From Escherichia coli (GTDB lineage: Bacteria > Pseudomonadota > Gammaproteobacteria > Enterobacterales > Enterobacteriaceae), in assembly GCF_001677475.2 (NCBI RefSeq), contig NZ_CP012497.1: DNA of 64,000 nt; one strand, 5' to 3'. The translations under genes were made by a program, and so were the position numbers. Positions 62,816 to 64,000 of the stretch are shown piece after piece (position 1 is the first letter of the stretch; each line of letters opens with the position of its first letter). The notes under the pieces were generated by a model. That model did not search any database. It was not told where the DNA came from and saw nothing but the letters and a program-made list of their open reading frames with translations.

Positions 62816-63034
62816 TCAAAGTTCCGTATTAGCTTGTTCTTCGGTCATTTTTCCTAAGTATGAAGGTGGAAGGACTACGCAATTTGTATCCAGCCCCTCA
62901 CCTATGGCAGCCTGTAAAATTCTGGCTAAGGTGAGCCTCTTGTTGCGATACCTGGTGATGACATGCCTGATACCGCCGGTCGGCGTAACAAAGGCGATCA
63001 GCCAGTAGTGATATTTCCGTCGGAATGGCCACAT
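62816..63034 (-). CDS. Hypothetical small protein
   Basis: 72 aa; preceded by a pair of C1 operators. Confidence 0.3.
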   Translation of the reverse strand: MWPFRRKYHYWLIAFVTPTGGIRHVITRYRNKRLTLARILQAAIGEGLDTNCVVLPPSYLGKMTEEQANTEL

Positions 63035-63048
63035 AGTGCACCTTGCAG

Positions 63049-63065
63049 ATTGCTCTAATAAAAAA
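63049..63065. promoter_or_regulatory. C1 operator (plus orientation)
   Basis: ATTGCTCTAATAAAAAA. Confidence 0.5.
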
Positions 63066-63099
63066 CGTGATGAGTGTACATCACGTTTTAAAAATATGG

Positions 63100-63114
63100 A
63101 ATTATTAGAGCAAT
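63100..63114. promoter_or_regulatory. C1 operator (minus orientation)
   Basis: Reverse complement ATTGCTCTAATAATT. Confidence 0.5.
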
Positions 63115-63115
63115 A

Positions 63116-63817
63116 TTATTCTGATTCTAGCTCAAAAAACGAGCTAATAAGGGGAAGCCAATCCTCTGACACTTCGCGAGGTCGCGGTTTGCCGTGGAAA
63201 AAGATTATTCGGCAGTCCTTTGGTAATGCCCCATTCCCCCTGGAGTAACGCGCGCTTGCATATTTTGAACCAGGTTCCACAACATCGGCCTTGTAACTTA
63301 CAAACCATCCCGGATACAGATCCTGAAATGCTGGTGTATCATCGCCCATAACCTTCCGTAAGAACCCCTGATCACCCCAGCACTCAGTAGTGACACAACG
63401 AGAAATCCAACCTTCCGGATCTTGCCAGAATGAACTCCAGATATGCGCTTTTACACTATTTGGTATCCACAGGGCACCGCTACCACGATATTGTGGATGG
63501 TAAAAATCCCTAAGCATGGTGAAGCTGGTTGGTGGATTCTCAAGGATTGGGCGTATATCACCGGCAATAACCGTGTCCAAATCCAGATAGAACAGATCAT
63601 CGGTTATATCCGGTCGGAACAACTCGATTTTCGCCCACCAGCCACGGCACTTTTGCCACTGGTTGATCAATGGGACAACTTTGACGCCAGGTACATGTAA
63701 ACGCTTCAGGTCTGTCAGGCAAATAATTTCATAGCCTTTTGGCAGTTGATTAACCAGCCACTGCACATCGGAAGCGTTATAGTCACCACCAGAGCGAAGA
63801 ACTAAAGCAATCTTCAT
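63116..63817 (-). CDS. Hypothetical protein
   Basis: 233 aa; its start overlaps the stop of the upstream phosphatase gene. Confidence 0.4.
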   Translation of the reverse strand: MKIALVLRSGGDYNASDVQWLVNQLPKGYEIICLTDLKRLHVPGVKVVPLINQWQKCRGWWAKIELFRPDITDDLFYLDLDTVIAGDIRPILENPPTSFTMLRDFYHPQYRGSGALWIPNSVKAHIWSSFWQDPEGWISRCVTTECWGDQGFLRKVMGDDTPAFQDLYPGWFVSYKADVVEPGSKYASARYSRGNGALPKDCRIIFFHGKPRPREVSEDWLPLISSFFELESE

Positions 63818-64000
63818 GCTGCACCATCACCTTTCACTTTCATCAATGTCAGGTTTCCGCAAAATACGGCACCAGTGTCGATATAATGCTGATTCCAGAA
63901 TGTCTTCGGGATTTTCACCGGAGTGTGACCAAAGATAAAACGATCTGCGCCCGAAATTTCGCCACCAATATCATCCATCGAATCACTGATACGCTCGCGC
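63814..64000 (-). CDS. Ser/Thr protein phosphatase (calcineurin-like metallophosphatase), C-terminal part; gene continues past window end
   Basis: Open frame to the window edge encoding ...[43 protein letters not shown] (GHTP and IDTG motifs). Confidence 0.55.
   Translation of the reverse strand, partial: RERISDSMDDIGGEISGADRFIFGHTPVKIPKTFWNQHYIDTGAVFCGNLTLMKVKGDGAA

Overview
Most of this window (about 2.0-64 kb) is a P1-like (Punavirus-type) phage / phage-plasmid genome, read in the reverse of the conventional P1 map. The left 2 kb is the early end of a Mu-like transposable element (transposase A 5' part, ner, divergent repressor, three end-proximal direct repeats). Identification rests on loxP (exact 34-bp site), Cre, Ref, C1 and its 17-bp operators, the pacA hexamer (TGATCA/G) pac site, Phd/Doc, a 2255-aa DarB, Sit, and a Cin-invertible tail-fibre segment. 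Order left to right: tail/baseplate genes (tube-like, sit, baseplate, R, S); the invertible C-segment with alternative fibre ends and U/U' chaperones; cin; lydA-lydB-hdf-darA-ddrB-like operon, with the ddrB-like gene split by an IS21-family element; a three-gene operon downstream of ssb containing an inactivated terminase-large-subunit paralogue; SAR endolysin; protease/portal-like genes; darB; an AT-rich autotransporter adhesin plus LuxR-type regulator where P1 carries res/mod; ref, cre, loxP, coi-c1; an ImmI-like icd/ant module; pacB/pacA; lpa; doc/phd; humD; and late genes. Gene names assigned by position alone are marked as such and are from memory of the P1 map, not from a database search. 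The most interesting candidates for undescribed biology are the ssb-linked pseudo-terminase operon, the autotransporter cargo island, and a structured non-coding region with a tiny hydrophobic ORF next to humD.
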